This document shows, piece by piece, positions 59,570 to 64,000 of a stretch of DNA of 64,000 nucleotides (its first letter is position 1; each line of letters begins with the position of its first letter). Position numbers and translations under genes: made by a program. Source of the DNA: Gammaproteobacteria bacterium (lineage in GTDB: Bacteria > Pseudomonadota > Gammaproteobacteria > Eutrophobiales > Eutrophobiaceae); the NCBI GenBank assembly GCA_965116495.1, contig OZ220696.1, forward strand, positions 2,432,001 to 2,496,000, given 5' to 3'. Below the pieces are notes generated by a model. It was not told the origin of the DNA. It saw only the letters and a list, made by a program, of their open reading frames with translations, and made no database searches.

Positions 59570-61915
59570 ATGCACGCACAAGCCGAACCACTGCATAAAC
59601 TGGTCCCGGTAACCTCCCACTGGGGGAATTACCTGGCCGAGGTCGCCGGCGACAGGCTGGTGGCGATCCATCCCTACGCCACCGACCCCGACCCTACGCC
59701 GATCGGCCAATCGTTACTGAACGCCCAGGATGAGGATGTACGCGTCCTCCAGCCGATGATCCGGCAGGGATACCTGGAACAGCGCCACAACAGCGACGGG
59801 GCGCGGCGCGGCATCGACCCGTTTGTGCCGGTGGCCTGGGATACGGCGCTTGATATGGCTGCCGATGCCATTCAGCGGGTGCGGCAGGAATTCGGCAACG
59901 AGGCCATTTACGGCGGATCGTACGGCTGGGCCAGCGCCGGCCGTTTCCACCATGCCACCAGCCAGGTGCACCGTTTTCTCAACACGGCCGGCGGCTATAC
60001 CCGTTCCGTTAACAGTTACTCTGTCGCTGCGGCCGAGGTCATCATGACCCACGTGCTGGGCACGAATTTTTATGACCTGATGATGCAGGCGCCCACCGTC
60101 GAAGACATCACAAAACACACCAGGCTGGTGGTGTGTTTCGGCGGTATTGCCATGAAGAATACCCAGATCATGGCCGGGGGCCTGGGTGCGCACACGGCCA
60201 AAGATCAATTGCAGGGCCTGAAACAGGCCGGAGTCAGGTTCGTGAACGTCAGCCCGGTAAAGGACGACATGGCGGATTATCTTGATGCCGACTGGTGGCC
60301 GTGCCGGCCCAACAGCGACGTTGCCGTCATGCTCGGCATCGCCCACACCCTGGTGGCGAACAACCTCCAGGACAAGCGCTTTCTCGATACTTACTGCACG
60401 GGGTTTGAACGCTTCCTGCCCTACCTGGTGGGCGCTGAGGACGGGATCGTCAAAGATGCCGGGTGGGCGGCGCAGTTGGCCGGGATACCTGCGGAAAAAA
60501 TCGAGGAAACCGCAAGACAGATGGCGGCAGAACGCTGCCTGATCGGTATAAGCTGGTCTCTGCAACGCAGCGAGTTCGGTGAACAGTCCTACTGGATGGC
60601 GACGCTGCTGAGCGCCATGCTGGGCTACGTGGGCCTGCCCGGGGCCGGTGTCGCCTATGGCTACGGCTCCGTCCACAATATCGGTTTTGCCGGCCGGCGC
60701 CTGCCCAATTACAAGACCGCGGCATTGCCGCAGGGAGAGAATGCCGTAACCGCGTTTATCCCGGTGGCCAGGATCTCGGACATGCTGTTGAACCCGGGAG
60801 AGCAGTTTGCATACAACGGACAGACGCTCACCTATCCCGACATCAGGCTTGTCTACTGGGCGGGCGGCAACCCGTTCCATCATCACCAGGATTTGAACCG
60901 CCTGCGCAGGGCCTGGGCCAGGCCCGAAACCATTGTAGTCAACGAGCCATTCTGGACGGCTACCGCGCGCCATGCCGATATAGTATTTCCCTCAACCACC
61001 GCACTGGAGCGCAATGATATCTGCATCAATCCGTACGATTGCCATCTCGCCCCCATGCCCCGCGCCCTGCCGCCTCTCGGCCAGTCGAAAAACGATTACG
61101 ATATCTTCGCCGGGTTAGCGAAACGGCTTGGTTCGGAGCAGGAATTTACCGAAGGCAGGGACGAAATGGACTGGGTCAGGCACCTGTATGGCAAAACCAG
61201 GGAAGCGGCGGCAGACCTGCATGTGTCATTGCCGGAATTTGATGAATTCTGGCATGGCCGGCAAATCACGGTAGAGGAACAGATCCCGGACCGTGTATAT
61301 ATCCTGGAGAAATTCCGTACGGACCCGGAAACAAACCCGTTACGAACACCCTCCGGCAGGATCGAACTGTATTCGGAAAAGATCGCCGGCTTCAACTACG
61401 ACGACTGCGCAGGCCATCCAAGGTGGTACGACCGGCAGGAATGGCTGGGCGCCGGGAGAGCGGAGGTCTACCCGCTCCATTTAATCTCCAACCAGCCGAA
61501 GACCCGGTTACACAGCCAATACGACCATGGCGTAACCAGCCGCAACGCCAAACTCAAGGGGCGGGCGCCGGCCAGGATGAACCCGAACGATGCGGCAGTA
61601 CGGGATATCAGGGATGGCGACGTCATCCGTTTGTTCAACGACCGCGGTGCGTGCCTGGCCGGGGTCGTCCTCACGGAAAACTTGCGTCCGGGCGTGATCG
61701 AACTGGAAACCGGGGCCTGGTACGACCCACAGGACCCGACCGATCCGATGTCCCTCGAGGTACACGGCAATCCCAATGCCTTGACGCGCGATGCCGGCAC
61801 CTCGAAACTGGCCCAGGGGCCTTCGGCACACAGTTGCCTGGTCGAGGTGGAGAAATATATCGGCGAATTACCTGAAATCCGAGTGTTTTCGCAACCGCCG
61901 GTAGTTGGCGTATGA
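59570..61915 (+). CDS. Molybdopterin oxidoreductase, BisC/TorA-type S/N-oxide reductase (no signal peptide)
   Basis: SHWG, GGSYGWASAGRFH, YS..A Ser ligand, GGNPFHHHQD, RLHSQ, GAWYDP. Confidence 0.92.
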   Translation: MHAQAEPLHKLVPVTSHWGNYLAEVAGDRLVAIHPYATDPDPTPIGQSLLNAQDEDVRVLQPMIRQGYLEQRHNSDGARRGIDPFVPVAWDTALDMAADAIQRVRQEFGNEAIYGGSYGWASAGRFHHATSQVHRFLNTAGGYTRSVNSYSVAAAEVIMTHVLGTNFYDLMMQAPTVEDITKHTRLVVCFGGIAMKNTQIMAGGLGAHTAKDQLQGLKQAGVRFVNVSPVKDDMADYLDADWWPCRPNSDVAVMLGIAHTLVANNLQDKRFLDTYCTGFERFLPYLVGAEDGIVKDAGWAAQLAGIPAEKIEETARQMAAERCLIGISWSLQRSEFGEQSYWMATLLSAMLGYVGLPGAGVAYGYGSVHNIGFAGRRLPNYKTAALPQGENAVTAFIPVARISDMLLNPGEQFAYNGQTLTYPDIRLVYWAGGNPFHHHQDLNRLRRAWARPETIVVNEPFWTATARHADIVFPSTTALERNDICINPYDCHLAPMPRALPPLGQSKNDYDIFAGLAKRLGSEQEFTEGRDEMDWVRHLYGKTREAAADLHVSLPEFDEFWHGRQITVEEQIPDRVYILEKFRTDPETNPLRTPSGRIELYSEKIAGFNYDDCAGHPRWYDRQEWLGAGRAEVYPLHLISNQPKTRLHSQYDHGVTSRNAKLKGRAPARMNPNDAAVRDIRDGDVIRLFNDRGACLAGVVLTENLRPGVIELETGAWYDPQDPTDPMSLEVHGNPNALTRDAGTSKLAQGPSAHSCLVEVEKYIGELPEIRVFSQPPVVGV

Positions 61916-63096
61916 GTGATAAAATAGTCATTGCGGGTATGGCCCGGACACCCCAGGGGGGGTTGCAGGGAGACCTGTCAGCCGTGCCGGCCCCGCAGTT
62001 GGGCGCAGTTGCCGTCAAGGCTGCACTGGGCAGTGCAGGAGTTAATCCGGCAGAAGTGGACGAGACCATTATGGGCTGCGTGTTACCTGCCGGCCTGCGC
62101 CAGGCCCCGGCGCGCCAGGCATCCATAGGCGCAGGTATCCCGGCCAGCACAGGTTGTACCACCGTCAACAAGATGTGCGGATCGGCCATGAAGGCCGTGA
62201 TGCTGGGTTATGACGCCATCCGGGCAGGTTCGGCGGACTGTATCGTCGCGGGCGGGATGGAGAGCATGAGCAATGCGCCGTACCTGGTACTCAAGGCCCG
62301 CAGCGGGTTGCGCCTGGGGCATGGGGAGATGGTGGACCATATGTTCTTCGACGGACTGGAAGACGCGTACGACCAGGGCAAACTGATGGGGTCGTTCGCG
62401 GAAGACTGTGCGAGCAAATACGGTTTTACCCGGGAAATGCAGGATGCCTATGCAATAGAATCGCTGGTGCGCGCCCAGCGCGCAATCAGGGAAGGAAGAT
62501 TCAAGGAAGAAATCGAACCGGTCGTAGTCAAAACGCGCAAAGGTGAAACCACCATTGATACCGACGAGCAGCCGGGCAAAGCCCGGATCGACAAAATCCC
62601 CACACTGAAACCGGCATTCGCCAAAAACGGCACCGTGACCCCGGCCAATTCCAGTTCCATATCCGACGGCGCGGCAGCAGTGGTTTTGCTCAGGGAGAGT
62701 GATGCAGTATCCCGCAGTTTAAAACCGTTGGCGGTTTTGCATGCGCATTCCACCCATGCCCAGGAGCCCGGCTGGTTCACCACGGCGCCGGTGGGCGCAA
62801 TCAGAAAAGTGCTGGAAAAAACCGGCTGGGCGGTGGCTGACGTAGACCTGTTTGAGGTAAACGAGGCGTTTGCCGTCGTCGCCATGGCGGCCATGCACGA
62901 TTTGCAGATCCCCCACGACAAACTGAACGTGAACGGCGGCGCCTGCGCCCTGGGTCACCCTGTCGGCGCCTCGGGAGCGAGAATCATGGTTACCCTGATT
63001 GCGGCCCTGAAGGACCGCGGATTAAAACGCGGCGTAGCCGGCCTGTGCATAGGCGGCGGCGAAGCGACGGCGGTAGCCCTGGAACTGCTTTCATAG
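61912..63096 (+). CDS. Acetyl-CoA C-acyltransferase (thiolase)
   Basis: NKMCGS, NEAF, GHPVGASG, CIGGG. Confidence 0.95.
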   Translation: MSDKIVIAGMARTPQGGLQGDLSAVPAPQLGAVAVKAALGSAGVNPAEVDETIMGCVLPAGLRQAPARQASIGAGIPASTGCTTVNKMCGSAMKAVMLGYDAIRAGSADCIVAGGMESMSNAPYLVLKARSGLRLGHGEMVDHMFFDGLEDAYDQGKLMGSFAEDCASKYGFTREMQDAYAIESLVRAQRAIREGRFKEEIEPVVVKTRKGETTIDTDEQPGKARIDKIPTLKPAFAKNGTVTPANSSSISDGAAAVVLLRESDAVSRSLKPLAVLHAHSTHAQEPGWFTTAPVGAIRKVLEKTGWAVADVDLFEVNEAFAVVAMAAMHDLQIPHDKLNVNGGACALGHPVGASGARIMVTLIAALKDRGLKRGVAGLCIGGGEATAVALELLS

Positions 63097-63103
63097 ACAG
63101 GGA

Positions 63104-63308
63104 TTTAACATCGATGGACAGGATATACAGGATTAATCCGCAGATTACGCAGATTAACGCAGATGAAAGATAATCTTTTTGTTTTTCTCTGTGTACTCTG
63201 GAGCTCTCTGTAGCTTTCATCTTTTCCCGTTTAACCGCAGAGGCCACAAAGAACACGGAGTTGAATAAATTTTCATCTGCGTTAATCTGCGTAATCTGCG
63301 GATTAATC
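63104..63308. mobile_element. Composite palindromic element with perfect 38-bp inverted arms plus nested arms
   Basis: gattaatccgcagattacgcagattaacgcagatgaaa (63131-63168) is the exact reverse complement of 63271-63308; CAGGAT arm at 63104-63133; CAGAG-type arms inside. Confidence 0.85.
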
Positions 63309-64000
63309 TTTAATCTGCGGACTGAAATGCTGCACCAGCAGTCCCCCGACAATCAATACCAGACCCATAATGGTCGCAACGGCAATTGCCTCCCCGAGAA
63401 TCCGGCTGATGAAGATCAGCGATATGAACGGCGACAGGAAAATCAGCGTGCTCACTTTCGCCGTAGCCTCCGACAACCGTAATGCGGCGAGCCAGAGGAT
63501 ATAGGTAAAGCCCATCTCAAACAGCCCCACGTAAACGCCGGCCAGAATACCGCGCACACCCAGGGAGATTGGGTCTGACAGGAACCAGCAGGCAACCGCG
63601 ACAAACGGGATGCTGAACAGGAAGCTGACGAACAGGCCGAGTACGGGGTCAATGTGGTCTTTTGTCTTAAGCAACCAGTAAAACGCCCAGATAACCGTAC
63701 TGCCAAGCGCCAGAAAAATTCCTATTGTGCTCAATTCCCCCGCCGGGAACTGCGCGCCGCTGAAACAGATGACCATGACGCCGGAGTAACAGATAACGGT
63801 GGCGGCGTAATCAAACCGGGTGATCCTGTGCTTCAGGATGGGCGCGGACAGCAGCATCAGCGTGATCGCCCAGGTGTAGTTCAACGCCTGGGCCACCTGT
63901 GCCGGCAGCAGGTCGTAGGCCCTGAACAGGACCAGGTAATAACAGAACGGGTTCATTATCCCGAGACAGGCCAACCGCAGGTAATCCCGTTTGTCCAGGT
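63303..64000 (-). CDS. DMT/EamA-family transporter (5' end outside window)
   Basis: NPF.YY..LF.AY..LPAQ.A..LNYTW, multiple TM helices. Confidence 0.88.
   Translation of the reverse strand, partial: LDKRDYLRLACLGIMNPFCYYLVLFRAYDLLPAQVAQALNYTWAITLMLLSAPILKHRITRFDYAATVICYSGVMVICFSGAQFPAGELSTIGIFLALGSTVIWAFYWLLKTKDHIDPVLGLFVSFLFSIPFVAVACWFLSDPISLGVRGILAGVYVGLFEMGFTYILWLAALRLSEATAKVSTLIFLSPFISLIFISRILGEAIAVATIMGLVLIVGGLLVQHFSPQIKD

Noticed and set aside
59714-60973. 419-aa antisense ORF (also 762-1733, 39436-40110, 51173-51865, 52132-52878)
   Set aside because: Shadow frames opposite well-supported genes in GC-rich DNA, with no recognisable motifs

Overview
A 64 kb chromosomal window, most likely from a gammaproteobacterium (atp operon, glmU, aroKB, mrcA, priA, gluQ). 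It has five parts. (1) 1-15.3 kb: aromatic/amine catabolic cluster with two Rieske oxygenase alpha subunits, an extradiol dioxygenase, a MetE-like protein, a Tat-exported flavin amine oxidoreductase near a cytochrome c lipoprotein, and three sulfatases. (2) 15.5-23.8 kb: decayed defence island (Fic, UDG-like, PsyrTA/RqlHI, a KAP-NTPase::HsdS chimera, DarTG, an HsdR remnant). (3) 23.8-43.1 kb: housekeeping core, with pilMNOPQ absent from its usual site and four atp/glmU junctions occupied by palindromic miniature elements, one apparently inserted into the glmU start codon. (4) 45.5-49.3 kb: AT-rich islet with an uncharacterised three-gene operon ending in an MBL-fold hydrolase, bounded by a tRNA-3'-end (att-like) remnant. 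This is the best candidate for an undescribed system. (5) 50-64 kb: polyamine catabolism with a tungsten-type AOR and two AAA+/DUF4143-type ATPase-nucleases, one preceded by a 4 x 23-bp tandem array. Many deletion scars suggest genome erosion. All family assignments come from motif recognition by eye; no searches were run.
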